From: Candidatus Nealsonbacteria bacterium
Lineage (GTDB): Bacteria; Patescibacteriota; Minisyncoccia; Minisyncoccales; PWPS01
DNA length: 57,477 nt
Direction of reading: 5' to 3'
Assembly: GCA_003560095.1 (NCBI GenBank)
Contig: PWJI01000018.1
Location: 1 to 57,477 of the forward strand
Shown: one piece after another, positions 44,115 to 53,617 of the stretch
How positions within the stretch are numbered: the stretch's first letter is position 1
How the letters are laid out: each line of letters starts with the position of its first letter
Program-made: the position numbers and the translations under genes
Notes under the pieces: generated by a model
Seen by the model: only the letters and a program-made list of their open reading frames with translations
Database searches by the model: none
Told to the model about the DNA's origin: nothing

Positions 44115-44715
44115 AAAACAGGAAAATTTACTCTCTAGATATAAGATAAAAAGACCTCTTACTTTTTTTGCAACCAAAAAAGAAGAAGTGGCTTGCATGG
44201 CCAATAAGATTGGCTATCCTTTAGTTTTGAAGGTTTTTTCAAATGAAATTTTTCATCGTACAGAAAAAAAAGGTGTTTATTTAAATATTGGTAGCGAGAA
44301 AGAAGCAAGAGAAACTGCTAATAAACTATTTAAGATACCCAAAAGTCAAGGAGTTATAATTCAAAAACAAATTGAAGGAATTGAACTTGTTGTTGGTGCT
44401 AAAAAAGACCCTTCTTTTGGCGCTGCAATAATGTTTGGCACGGGAGGGGTAATGGTAGAGGTGATAAGTGATGTTGTTTTTAAAATTGCACCAATTGGCA
44501 AAAAAGATGCGAAAGAAATGATAAATGAAACAAAGGGAAAAATTTTTCTGAAAGGATTTCGGGGAATGCAAAAAGTAAAAGAGGAGCTTGTTATCGATCT
44601 TTTAGTTAAAACATCTAATCTTGCCTATAAAGAAAAAGTGCAAGAAATTGACTTTAATCCTGTTATCGCAAATAAGGATGGGGTTTTTGTTTGTGATGCA
44701 AAGATTAAAATATGA
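44098..44715 (+). CDS. ADP-forming acetyl-CoA synthetase, ATP-grasp (beta) subunit
   Basis: ATP-grasp_5-like IGYPLVLKV..GV.LNI..E..A and EIDFNPV. Followed by the alpha subunit. Confidence 0.7.
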   Translation: MILDFKKQENLLSRYKIKRPLTFFATKKEEVACMANKIGYPLVLKVFSNEIFHRTEKKGVYLNIGSEKEARETANKLFKIPKSQGVIIQKQIEGIELVVGAKKDPSFGAAIMFGTGGVMVEVISDVVFKIAPIGKKDAKEMINETKGKIFLKGFRGMQKVKEELVIDLLVKTSNLAYKEKVQEIDFNPVIANKDGVFVCDAKIKI

Positions 44716-46052
44716 TGGAAAAAATATTTAAACCAAAAAGTATTGCTCTTATTGGAGCTAATAAGCGAAAAGGTTCTGTTGGAAGAGGGATTGCTGAAAA
44801 TTTGCAAAAGGGGAGTGCCCGTTTATTTTATGTTAATCCAAATGCCGGAGAAATTTTCAAAAATAAAGCTTATAAAAAAATTACGGACATAGATGAGAAT
44901 ATTGATTTGGCGGTTATTGCAATCCCTCAAAAATTTGTTCTTCAGGCAGTAAAAGAGTGTGTGCAAAAAAAAGTTAAAGGAATAATTATAATATCCAGTG
45001 GGTTTTCGGAAACCGGAAAAGAAGGAGAAAAAATACAAAACGAAATTGTTGAAATAACAAAAAAAGCCAATATCAGCCTTGTGGGGCCAAATACTTTGGG
45101 AATAATTAGACCAACAGTTAATTTTAATGCCTCATTTGCTCCGGGAAATCCTCCAAAAGGAGGGGTGGCTTTTATTGCTCAGTCAGGAGGACTTATCGAT
45201 GCGATTATTGATGGAGCACTGGAAGAAAATTTTGGTTTTTCTATTATTGTTTCAGTTGGTAATGCTGCAGGTATATCACTTTCCGATTATGTTGATTTTG
45301 CAGAAAAAGATAAATTCACTAAGGTTATTGCACTTTACATAGAGGGCGTGGAAAACGGAAGAGATCTTTTTAATGTAATTAAGAAAACTAAAAAACCCGT
45401 TGTCGTTATAAAAGGAGGAAAGGCAAGGAAGGCAAAGGAGGTTATTAGTTCTCATACGGGATCTCTTGCAGGAGAATACGATATTTTTTCTGCAGCAATG
45501 AGACAAGCAGGTGCTATCGAAACAGACTCCTTGGAAGAGCTTTTTGATGTTGTAAAAGCTTTAGTAAGTTTTGGTAAATGTAAAAAGGGAGTTGGTGTAG
45601 TTACCAATGGTGGTGGGGCAGGTGTATTAATTACGGATTATATTTATAAAAGCGAAGAACTTTTTCTTCCCGAGATAAGCAAAAAAACAATAAGAAAAAT
45701 AGAAAAGGAGACCAAGAAAGCAAGAATAGTATTTAAAAACCCTCTAGATATATTAGGAGATGCTTTGCCGGAAAGATATGAAATTGCTTGCAGAAATTTA
45801 CTTTTCCAAGAGAATGTATCTTCGTTGGTGGTAATTCAAACTCCTCAAATTATGACAAGCCCCTTGGAAAATGCAAAAAAAATTGCTAAATTAAAAAAAG
45901 AGTTTAAGAAGCCGATAATTACTGTTTTTATGGGAAGAGGGGATTTAACAAAAAAAGCTATTTCATATTTAGAAAAAAGAGGTGTCCCAAATTACTCTGA
46001 TCCAAAGAGAGTTGTTAAGCCACTTTTATCTTTATTAAAAGTAAAAAAATAA
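44712..46052 (+). CDS. ADP-forming acetyl-CoA synthetase, CoA-binding/ligase (alpha) subunit
   Basis: PKSIALIGAN...GSVG, GPNTLGI, IAQSGG and SHTGSLAG (phospho-His loop). Confidence 0.8.
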   Translation: MMEKIFKPKSIALIGANKRKGSVGRGIAENLQKGSARLFYVNPNAGEIFKNKAYKKITDIDENIDLAVIAIPQKFVLQAVKECVQKKVKGIIIISSGFSETGKEGEKIQNEIVEITKKANISLVGPNTLGIIRPTVNFNASFAPGNPPKGGVAFIAQSGGLIDAIIDGALEENFGFSIIVSVGNAAGISLSDYVDFAEKDKFTKVIALYIEGVENGRDLFNVIKKTKKPVVVIKGGKARKAKEVISSHTGSLAGEYDIFSAAMRQAGAIETDSLEELFDVVKALVSFGKCKKGVGVVTNGGGAGVLITDYIYKSEELFLPEISKKTIRKIEKETKKARIVFKNPLDILGDALPERYEIACRNLLFQENVSSLVVIQTPQIMTSPLENAKKIAKLKKEFKKPIITVFMGRGDLTKKAISYLEKRGVPNYSDPKRVVKPLLSLLKVKK

Positions 46053-46063
46053 ATAATACAAAA

Positions 46064-46990
46064 ATGAATGAAAAAATTGTTGTTGGTCATACAAATCCGG
46101 ATACTGACTCTGCTGTTTCCGCTTTAATTTTCTCTCTTTATTTAACAGCGAAAGAAGATAATTTTTCTTCTTGTATTGCCGGAAAACTAAACAAAGAAAC
46201 AGAATTTGTTTTCTCTTATTTTAAAAAGGAACTACCTTTTGAAATTACGAAAGAAGAGGCAAAAGAAAAACAAGTTTTTTTGGTTGATCATAATGATATT
46301 AGTCAAAGTGTTGCTTGTAAAGAAAACATTTGTGGTGTTTTAGATCATCATCTTCTTTCGGGAATAAAGACAAATCAAGCAATTTTTTTTAGAGTCGAGC
46401 CACTTGGAAGCACCTCAACATTAATATACAAGATGATTAAAGAAAGAAAAATTAAAATAAAAAAAGAAGATGCCGGTCTTTTGCTTGCAGGAATAATATC
46501 AGATACTTTAAATCTTAATTCTCCAACAACAACAAGTGAAGATATAGATTTTTATTATGAGCTATCAAAGATAGCTGAAGTTGATGCTGACAGTTTTTCT
46601 CAAAAAATGTTTGAAGCAAAGTCGGACTTTTCAGGGAAAAGTGTAGAAGATATTATTAGGGGAGATATGAAAGAGTATTCTTTCGGAGGGAAAAGGGTAG
46701 CGGTAGGAGTTGCCGAGACAACTTCTTTCTCTTATTTTAAAGAGAATAAAAATGAAATCATTGATACGGTAAAGAAAATAAAAAAAGAAGAAAATTTTGA
46801 TATTTTTTTCTTTTGTGCCGTTGATATTATAAATAAAAATACTTGGCTTTTTCCATCTGGTGAAAAAGAAAAAGAGTTGGCCTTAGATTTATTTAAAGCA
46901 ATAGAGAAAGAAGATTATTTTCTTCTTGAGGGAGTTTCTTCCAGAAAAAAAGAGATTGTTCCTCCCTTATCAGAGCATTATGAAAAATAA
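46064..46990 (+). CDS. ppaC: family II (DHH, Mn-dependent) inorganic pyrophosphatase
   Basis: VGHTNPDTDS, VDHN, LDHH and a DHHA2-like C-terminal half, at about 308 aa. Confidence 0.8.
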   Translation: MNEKIVVGHTNPDTDSAVSALIFSLYLTAKEDNFSSCIAGKLNKETEFVFSYFKKELPFEITKEEAKEKQVFLVDHNDISQSVACKENICGVLDHHLLSGIKTNQAIFFRVEPLGSTSTLIYKMIKERKIKIKKEDAGLLLAGIISDTLNLNSPTTTSEDIDFYYELSKIAEVDADSFSQKMFEAKSDFSGKSVEDIIRGDMKEYSFGGKRVAVGVAETTSFSYFKENKNEIIDTVKKIKKEENFDIFFFCAVDIINKNTWLFPSGEKEKELALDLFKAIEKEDYFLLEGVSSRKKEIVPPLSEHYEK

Positions 46991-47034
46991 TACTTTTTAT
47001 TAATTAATTTATTAAGAATAAATAAACAAAAATT

Positions 47035-49404
47035 ATGCCCAAATATACAATTTCGTATAAAAAAGTAGGTTATAAGGATTTGCCACTTGTTGGTGGGAAA
47101 AACGCTTCTTTGGGGGAAATGATAAAATCCCTCACAAAAAAAGGGGTTGCTGTTCCCGGTGGTTTTGCTATTACAACAGAAAGTTACTGGGCTTTTCTTG
47201 AAAAAAATGAGATTCTAGGAGAGCTTAAAAAATTGTTAAAAAAATATGACAGGAATAGTACAAAAAGCTTAAGAGAGACGGGAAAAAAAGCAAGAGAAGT
47301 GATAATGAAAGGAGAATTTCCAAAAGAAGTGGAAGAAGAAATAAGAAAATCATACAGGGAAATGTGTAAAGGAGGAAAAGATTTAAGTGTAGCTGTTCGT
47401 TCTTCTGCTGTTTGTGAAGACGCTCCGGACACATCATTTGCCGGACAGTTTGAAACTTTCTTAAATATTTCCGGAGAGGAAAATATTTTAAAGGCTGTAA
47501 AAGAATGCATAGCATCATCTTTTAATGATCGTGTTATTGCTTATCGTGAAGAGAAGAAGGTTCCTCATTTGAAGTTTGCTCTTTCTGTCGGGGTACAAAA
47601 AATGGTGCGCTCCGATAAGGCTTCTTCGGGAATTATATTTACACTGGATACGGAAAGTGGATTTAGAGATATGGTTTTAGTTAACTCAATATTCGGAGTG
47701 GGGGAGATGATTGTCCAGGGAAGTGTTACTCCCGATGAATTTTATGTTTTTAAGTCTACTCTGGACAAAGGGTATCCGGCAATTATTCGTAAAGATTTAG
47801 GAAGAAAGACAAAAGAATTTATTTATAAGAAAGGAGGAGGATTAAAAGAAAAAAAGGTTTCTGAAAAAAGAGCTTTACAATTCTCAATTACTGATGAGGA
47901 AATACTTACTCTTGCCAAGTGGGCAATGATAATTGAAAAGCATTATAAAAAACCTCAAGATATAGAGTGGGCTAAAGACGGAGAGACAGGTGAGCTCTTT
48001 ATTGTTCAGTCAAGGCCTGAAACAGTTCACTCTTCCAAGAAAGAAAATAAATATCTTGAATATAAAATTGGCGCAAAAGAAAAACCCATTGTTACCGGTA
48101 TTGCCGTAGGAGAAAAAATTGGAAAAGGAAAGGTTAAGGTTATTGAAGATGTAAACGAAATGGAAAGATTTCAAGAAGGCGATGTTTTGGTAACCAAAAT
48201 GACTGATCCGGATTGGGTAAGTATTATGCGTATGGCTTCTGCGATTATTACAGACGAAGGAGGGAAAACTGCTCACGCATCGATTGTTGGAAGAGAACTT
48301 GGAATTCCTACTATTGTTGGTACGGAGAACGGAACAAAAAAACTAAAAGACAAAACACTTGTTACTGTTGATTGTACCCAAGGCTTGGACGGAAAAGTTT
48401 ATAAGGGAGATGTGCCATATTCCGTGAAAGAATATAATCTCGAAAAAATACCGGAAACAAAAACAAAGGTTATGCTTAACGTGGGAACTCCCGAAATGGC
48501 ATTTCGTGCCTCTCATCTTCCCTCAGGAGGAGTTGGTCTTGCAAGGGTTGAATTTATTTTAGCCGAAAAAATAAAAGTACATCCACTGGCTCTTTATAAT
48601 TATAAAAAGATAAAAGACAAAAAAGTAAAGAAAAAAATAGACGAAATTACCATAGAGCATAAAGACAAGAGAGAGCACTTTGTGAAAGAGCTTGCCGAAG
48701 GGATTGCTCAAATAGCAGCTGCCTTTTATCCTCGTGAAACAATAGTTCGTTTATCTGACTTTAAAACCAACGAATATCGTAATTTGGTTGGGGGAGAGTT
48801 CTATGAGGGGGAAGAATCAAATCCAATGATTGGATTTCGTGGAGCTTCGAGGTATCTTAATGAAAATTTTTATCCCGCGTTTCAAATGGAATGTGAGGCA
48901 ATTAAAAGAGCTAAAGAGGTTTTTGGACTTACCAATATATCATTAATGGTTCCTTTTTGTCGAAGTATTAAAGAAGGAAAAGAAATTAAAAAGCGAATCA
49001 AAAAAGAAAAAATAAAAGATACCAAAATTTATGTTATGGCTGAGATACCATCTAATGTTGTTTTGGCAGAAGAGTTTAGTGAGGCTTTTGATGGATTTTC
49101 AATTGGCAGTAATGATTTAGCTCAACTTGTTTTAGGGGTTGATAGGGATAATTCTTTACTCTCCAAACAGTATGACGAAAACAATCCTGCAATAAGAAAA
49201 ACCATTGCAGAATTTTTGAAAGAAACACGCAAATTAAAAGAAAGTGTTGGTATTTGTGGAGAAGCTCCGGCAATAATTCCCGGATTTGTAGAATTTTTAG
49301 TGGAGAATAAAATAGGATATATATCAGTAAATCCGGATTCTTTTGTTCAGACTGTTAAAAAAATTCATAAAACGGAAAACCAAAAAAAGAAAACTAAGAA
49401 GTAA
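47035..49404 (+). CDS. ppsA: phosphoenolpyruvate synthase
   Basis: VGGKNASLGEM, VRSSA..ED, the TDEGGKTAHASIV phospho-His motif, and a PEP-utilising C-terminal TIM domain (GSNDL). Confidence 0.92.
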   Translation: MPKYTISYKKVGYKDLPLVGGKNASLGEMIKSLTKKGVAVPGGFAITTESYWAFLEKNEILGELKKLLKKYDRNSTKSLRETGKKAREVIMKGEFPKEVEEEIRKSYREMCKGGKDLSVAVRSSAVCEDAPDTSFAGQFETFLNISGEENILKAVKECIASSFNDRVIAYREEKKVPHLKFALSVGVQKMVRSDKASSGIIFTLDTESGFRDMVLVNSIFGVGEMIVQGSVTPDEFYVFKSTLDKGYPAIIRKDLGRKTKEFIYKKGGGLKEKKVSEKRALQFSITDEEILTLAKWAMIIEKHYKKPQDIEWAKDGETGELFIVQSRPETVHSSKKENKYLEYKIGAKEKPIVTGIAVGEKIGKGKVKVIEDVNEMERFQEGDVLVTKMTDPDWVSIMRMASAIITDEGGKTAHASIVGRELGIPTIVGTENGTKKLKDKTLVTVDCTQGLDGKVYKGDVPYSVKEYNLEKIPETKTKVMLNVGTPEMAFRASHLPSGGVGLARVEFILAEKIKVHPLALYNYKKIKDKKVKKKIDEITIEHKDKREHFVKELAEGIAQIAAAFYPRETIVRLSDFKTNEYRNLVGGEFYEGEESNPMIGFRGASRYLNENFYPAFQMECEAIKRAKEVFGLTNISLMVPFCRSIKEGKEIKKRIKKEKIKDTKIYVMAEIPSNVVLAEEFSEAFDGFSIGSNDLAQLVLGVDRDNSLLSKQYDENNPAIRKTIAEFLKETRKLKESVGICGEAPAIIPGFVEFLVENKIGYISVNPDSFVQTVKKIHKTENQKKKTKK

Positions 49405-49463
49405 AACGTAAATCATTTTTTTCTTAAGCCTAAAAGAAGAATTTTGGTTTTAAATTTTTGAAA

Positions 49464-50450
49464 ATGTTTGATGTAATTACTTTTGGATCTGCAACAAAGG
49501 ATATTTTCTTGCGCCCAAAAGAGAACAATATAGTTAATGGTGACCAATTTTCTTCAGGAAGTGGTGTTTGTTTTTCCTTGGGATCAAAGATAAGAACGGA
49601 TGAAATTTATTTTACTTCCGGAGGTGGCGGAACTAATGCCGCTGCAACTTTTGCAAAGCAAGGATTTTCTGTTGCATATTGTGGTAAGGTTGGAAGAGAT
49701 AGTGCCGGAGATGCAATATTAAGAGAGCTTAATTATTACGGAGTTGATACACAACTTATTTCTTACTCTGACGAAAAATTAACAAATCACTCTGTTATTC
49801 TTGATACACCTGAAGTTGATAGAACAATTTTTGTTTATAAGGGAGCCTCTGAAACACAAGAAAAAAGGGATGTTTTTTTTGAAGACTTAAATGCGAAATG
49901 GTTTTATTTTGCCCCCTTTTCCCTAAATACAAAAAATCTTTTTTACGACCTTATTGATTATGCATTAAGAGAGAAAATCGATTTTTTTATTAATCCGGGA
50001 AAGGATCAATTAAAAGACGAGAAAATAAAGGATGTTCTAAAAAAAGCAAAAATAGTTTTAATGAATCTCGAAGAAACATCTATGTTGCTAAGGGCTTCTC
50101 ATTTTGATAAGAAAAAATTGATAAAAGAAATAGCTGATTTAAGAGATGGCATTACTTTGATTACTCTGGGCTTTGAAGGTGCTGTTGCTTGCTTTGATGG
50201 TATTTTTTATTATTCAAAACCGATTATTTCTGGCGCTGTTGATAGAACGGGCGCCGGAGACTCGTTTGGATCAGGTTTTCTTTCTGAATTTATGAGGTCA
50301 AAAAACATTAAAGAGAGCATCCAGTTTGCTGTTGCAAATTCAACCTCTTGTGTTCAGGAAAAGGGTGCTAAAAATGGCCTCCTTAGGGGAAGTGAGAATT
50401 ATTCAAAACCAAAAGTTTTTAAAAGTAAAAATATAGAAGAAATTATATAA
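49464..50450 (+). CDS. PfkB-family carbohydrate kinase
   Basis: GGGGTN and DRTGAGDSFGSGF (the PfkB signature 2 region). Confidence 0.8.
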   Translation: MFDVITFGSATKDIFLRPKENNIVNGDQFSSGSGVCFSLGSKIRTDEIYFTSGGGGTNAAATFAKQGFSVAYCGKVGRDSAGDAILRELNYYGVDTQLISYSDEKLTNHSVILDTPEVDRTIFVYKGASETQEKRDVFFEDLNAKWFYFAPFSLNTKNLFYDLIDYALREKIDFFINPGKDQLKDEKIKDVLKKAKIVLMNLEETSMLLRASHFDKKKLIKEIADLRDGITLITLGFEGAVACFDGIFYYSKPIISGAVDRTGAGDSFGSGFLSEFMRSKNIKESIQFAVANSTSCVQEKGAKNGLLRGSENYSKPKVFKSKNIEEII

Positions 50451-50452
50451 TC

Positions 50453-51283
50453 ATGATAAGGGAGATATTAGAAGAATACAGCAGAAAAAATATTGCAATT
50501 GGTCAATTTAATTTTTCAACAATTGATCAATTGAAAGGAATTGCTCGTGCAGGAAAAGAAAAAAATGTTTCTGTAATTTGTGGTACCTCTCAGGGCGAAG
50601 CTAATTTTTTGGGTATGCGGGAAGCATCTTCTTTAATTAAGGCAATAAAAGAAGAAGGAGGTTCTTTGTTTTTGAATTTTGATCACGGAGAAGATGTTGA
50701 AACATTAAAGAGGGCAATTGATTTGGGGTATGACATGGTTCATTTTGACGGAGGAAAGCTTTCATTAAAAGAAAATATTGAAAAAACGAGAGAGGTGGTA
50801 AATTATGCAAGAAGAAAAAAGGTTTTGGTTGAGGGGGAGGTTTCTGAGATTGGAGGAAAATCTACAGTGTCAGACGAAAAAATTGATGATTTTTCCTTGA
50901 CTTCTTTGGAAGAAATTGTTAAATTTATCAAGGAAACGGATGTCGATCTTATTGCACTTGACATAGGAAATGTTCACGGAATACACAAAGGATCTCCTTT
51001 GCTTAAGCTTGAAAGAATAAATCTTCTTTTAGAGCAGGTTTCTTGTTTTGTAACTTTGCACGGAGGTTCAGGAATTGATGATAGCTCTATCAAAGAGGCA
51101 ATATCAAGAGGAGTTGTGAAAATAAATATTAATACGGAGTTAAGGCTTTCTTGGAGAAATTCTTTAAAAAAGTTCATAGAAGAAAATCCAAAAGAGATTA
51201 CTCCTTATAAGATACTTTCTTCTTCAGAAAAAAACACATACTTGGAGGTATCCAAAAAAATAGATTTATTTTTGCAAAATTAA
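50453..51283 (+). CDS. fba: class II fructose-bisphosphate aldolase
   Basis: NFDHG, HFDGG, EIG, LHGGSG and the INTEL pattern. Confidence 0.8.
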   Translation: MIREILEEYSRKNIAIGQFNFSTIDQLKGIARAGKEKNVSVICGTSQGEANFLGMREASSLIKAIKEEGGSLFLNFDHGEDVETLKRAIDLGYDMVHFDGGKLSLKENIEKTREVVNYARRKKVLVEGEVSEIGGKSTVSDEKIDDFSLTSLEEIVKFIKETDVDLIALDIGNVHGIHKGSPLLKLERINLLLEQVSCFVTLHGGSGIDDSSIKEAISRGVVKININTELRLSWRNSLKKFIEENPKEITPYKILSSSEKNTYLEVSKKIDLFLQN

Positions 51284-51308
51284 TACGTGAGAAAAATCAT
51301 TTTTAAAA

Positions 51309-51530
51309 ATGAAAAAAATAATTTTTGAAAGAGATAAGTGTATTGGTTGTGGGACGTGTAGTGTTGTTTGCCCGAGTTTTTGGAAGATGGAAAATGACGG
51401 AAGAGCTTTTTTGATTGGAGCTAATGAAGAAAACGGCATAATGGAAAAAGATATTAGTGAAATAAGTTGCAATATCGAAGCATCGGAAAGTTGTCCGGTT
51501 CAATGTATTCACATAAAAGATAATAATTAA
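51309..51530 (+). CDS. small [4Fe-4S] ferredoxin
   Basis: CIGCGTCSVVCP plus a distal CP (SCPVQCI). Confidence 0.75.
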   Translation: MKKIIFERDKCIGCGTCSVVCPSFWKMENDGRAFLIGANEENGIMEKDISEISCNIEASESCPVQCIHIKDNN

Positions 51531-52223
51531 ATGAGCACTAAAAAGAAAATATTTGGTAAGAAGAGAGATAAAAAAGAAAGAATTGACGCTGGCAGTATTC
51601 CTGCTGTTCTCTATGGAGCTAAAAAAGAAAATATTATTTTTTCTGTTAATAAAAAAGATTTTTTAAATCTTTATAGTGAAGTTGGAGAGAATAATCTTAT
51701 TGATCTTGAAATTGAGGATAATAAAAAAAACTTAACAGTTCTTATTTATGAAACTCAAATCGATCCGGAAACAAGAGAAATAATCCATGTTGACTTTTAT
51801 GAGCCAAACCTAAAAGAAGAAGTGGAGGCCGAAGTGCCGCTTGATTTTTTTGGAAGTTCTTTGGCAGTAGAGGAAGAGAGTGGAACACTTGTAAAGAACG
51901 CTTATTCGGTTATTGTAAAGGCTTTACCGGAAAGTCTTCCCTCTGAGCTGAAAGTGGATATTGGAAAACTGAAAACATTTGATGATGTTATTTATGTGAA
52001 AGATATTGATCTTCCCGAAAATGTTCAAATCACCCAAGATCCGGATGCTGTTATTGCAATGGTTTCCGCTCCGGAGGACGTAGAAACTGAGCTTGAAAAA
52101 CCAATTGAAGAGGAGGGAGAGGTTGAAGTTGTCGGAGAAAAGAAAGACGAAGAAGATGATTTGGATGATGAATCAGAAAAAGAAAAGGATGTTAAAAAAG
52201 AAGAGGAGAGCGAAAAAGAATAA
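51531..52223 (+). CDS. rplY: ribosomal protein L25/Ctc with acidic C-terminal tail
   Basis: GSIPAVLYG and IHVDF. Length and domain order match Ctc-type L25. Confidence 0.8.
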   Translation: MSTKKKIFGKKRDKKERIDAGSIPAVLYGAKKENIIFSVNKKDFLNLYSEVGENNLIDLEIEDNKKNLTVLIYETQIDPETREIIHVDFYEPNLKEEVEAEVPLDFFGSSLAVEEESGTLVKNAYSVIVKALPESLPSELKVDIGKLKTFDDVIYVKDIDLPENVQITQDPDAVIAMVSAPEDVETELEKPIEEEGEVEVVGEKKDEEDDLDDESEKEKDVKKEEESEKE

Positions 52224-52236
52224 AAACAATAAAGCA

Positions 52237-53616
52237 ATGAAAACAAAAAACTTATTTTCAGTTATATTAATTTTTGTTTGTGTTTTTTTCCTCGGGATAA
52301 ATTTTTTATCAAATGATCTTGACGGGGAAAGACTTGTTTATGCAACTTCTCAGAAAGAAGATGAAAGAGCTCAGCTTGAAGAGGAGCTTGAAAGACTCGA
52401 GAGAGAGATTGCCGAAGCCGAAAGAGGAATTACTGCTACGGAAGCGGAAAAAGATAGCTTAAGAAATCAGATTAACAGAATTCAGGGAGAAATTAATCAA
52501 TTAACCGCTCAGATAAACAGAAATAGAGTGGCAATTCAGAACTTGGGCTTAAAGATTGAGGATACGCAAGGCTCCATAGTAAAAACTAATCAGAAAATAG
52601 AGCAATCAAGGGAAGAGCTTTCTGAAATGCTAAGAGCTATAAACGAAGAAGGGAGAAAATCTTCAATAGAAGTACTAATAAAAGAGGATAATCTCTCAGC
52701 TCTTTTTAGTAGCTTTAATTCTTTAGAGAGACTTTCTTCTCAGGCACAAAGTATTCTTGATGAAGTGAAAAATTTAAGAAATTCTCTTCAGGGATACAAG
52801 GGAGAGCTCGAGAGTGATAAAGAAGAAACTGAGAAAATTGCAAGAATGCAAGAAGCCCAGAAAGCACAAGAAGAGGCTGCGAGAAGAGATAGGGAAAGTC
52901 TTTACGGAATGACAGAAGAGGAGTACCAAAGACAAGTTGAAGAAAAAAAGAGACTAGAAGAAGAAGCAGAAAGAATTAGAGAAAGAATTTTTGAACTTAT
53001 TGGTCTTCCTGCCGATGTTGAGGCACCTAGCTTTGAAGAGGCTTATGAGATTGCAAAATGGGTTGAAAGATCTACAGGTATTCGTCCAGCGTTCTTACTT
53101 TCAATTATTCAACAAGAATCGGCGCTTGGTAGAAACGTGGGACAATGTTATCTTGCAGATACGTCAAGTGGAGCATCGGTAAATATTAATACGGGACAAA
53201 GATATTCTAACGGAATTCACCCAACAAGAGACATTCCTCCTTTTTTAAGTATTACGTCAGAGCTAGGAAGAGATCCTTTAAAAACAAGGGTTTCTTGTCC
53301 GCTTAGTTATGGCTATGGGGGGGCAATGGGACCTGCGCAATTTATTCCATCTACTTGGCAAATGGTTCGTAGTGAGGTTAGGGGAATACTTGGGCACGAG
53401 CCAAATCCTTGGAGTATTCGAGATTCATTTATGGCTTCAGGTGTACTTTTAAGAAGAAATGGAGGAACTCCTTCTTCTAGGCAAAACGAGTGGAATGCAG
53501 CTATGAGATATTTTTCCGGAGGAACAACCAATTCACAATTTTTCTGGTATGCAGATCAAGTAATTGATAGGGCTAATCAATTTGAACGTGATATTGAAAT
53601 AATGACCGGAAACTAA
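52237..53616 (+). CDS. secreted coiled-coil protein with C-terminal SLT/MltB-like lytic transglycosylase domain
   Basis: Signal-like MKTKNLFSVILIFVCVFF, a long heptad region, and IIQQESALG...GAMGPAQFIPSTW. ATG 52237 is chosen because the 52093 start overlaps rplY. Confidence 0.7.
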   Translation: MKTKNLFSVILIFVCVFFLGINFLSNDLDGERLVYATSQKEDERAQLEEELERLEREIAEAERGITATEAEKDSLRNQINRIQGEINQLTAQINRNRVAIQNLGLKIEDTQGSIVKTNQKIEQSREELSEMLRAINEEGRKSSIEVLIKEDNLSALFSSFNSLERLSSQAQSILDEVKNLRNSLQGYKGELESDKEETEKIARMQEAQKAQEEAARRDRESLYGMTEEEYQRQVEEKKRLEEEAERIRERIFELIGLPADVEAPSFEEAYEIAKWVERSTGIRPAFLLSIIQQESALGRNVGQCYLADTSSGASVNINTGQRYSNGIHPTRDIPPFLSITSELGRDPLKTRVSCPLSYGYGGAMGPAQFIPSTWQMVRSEVRGILGHEPNPWSIRDSFMASGVLLRRNGGTPSSRQNEWNAAMRYFSGGTTNSQFFWYADQVIDRANQFERDIEIMTGN

Positions 53617-53617
53617 A

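Noticed and set aside
52093-52236. Upstream start (52093) for the SLT-domain protein
   Set aside because: The extension overlaps the acidic tail of rplY in another frame and is low-complexity. Met 52237 is followed by a signal-like hydrophobic segment.
1048-53531. The numerous 60-145-aa antisense or alternate-frame ORFs in the track (for example 1048..1317-, 2279..2557-, 5631..6047-, 10826..11257-, 34539..34949-, 38767..39207-, 47184..47518-)
   Set aside because: All are nested inside strongly supported genes. Their F/L/S/K-rich low-complexity translations are typical of the reverse frames of AT-rich K/E-rich genes.
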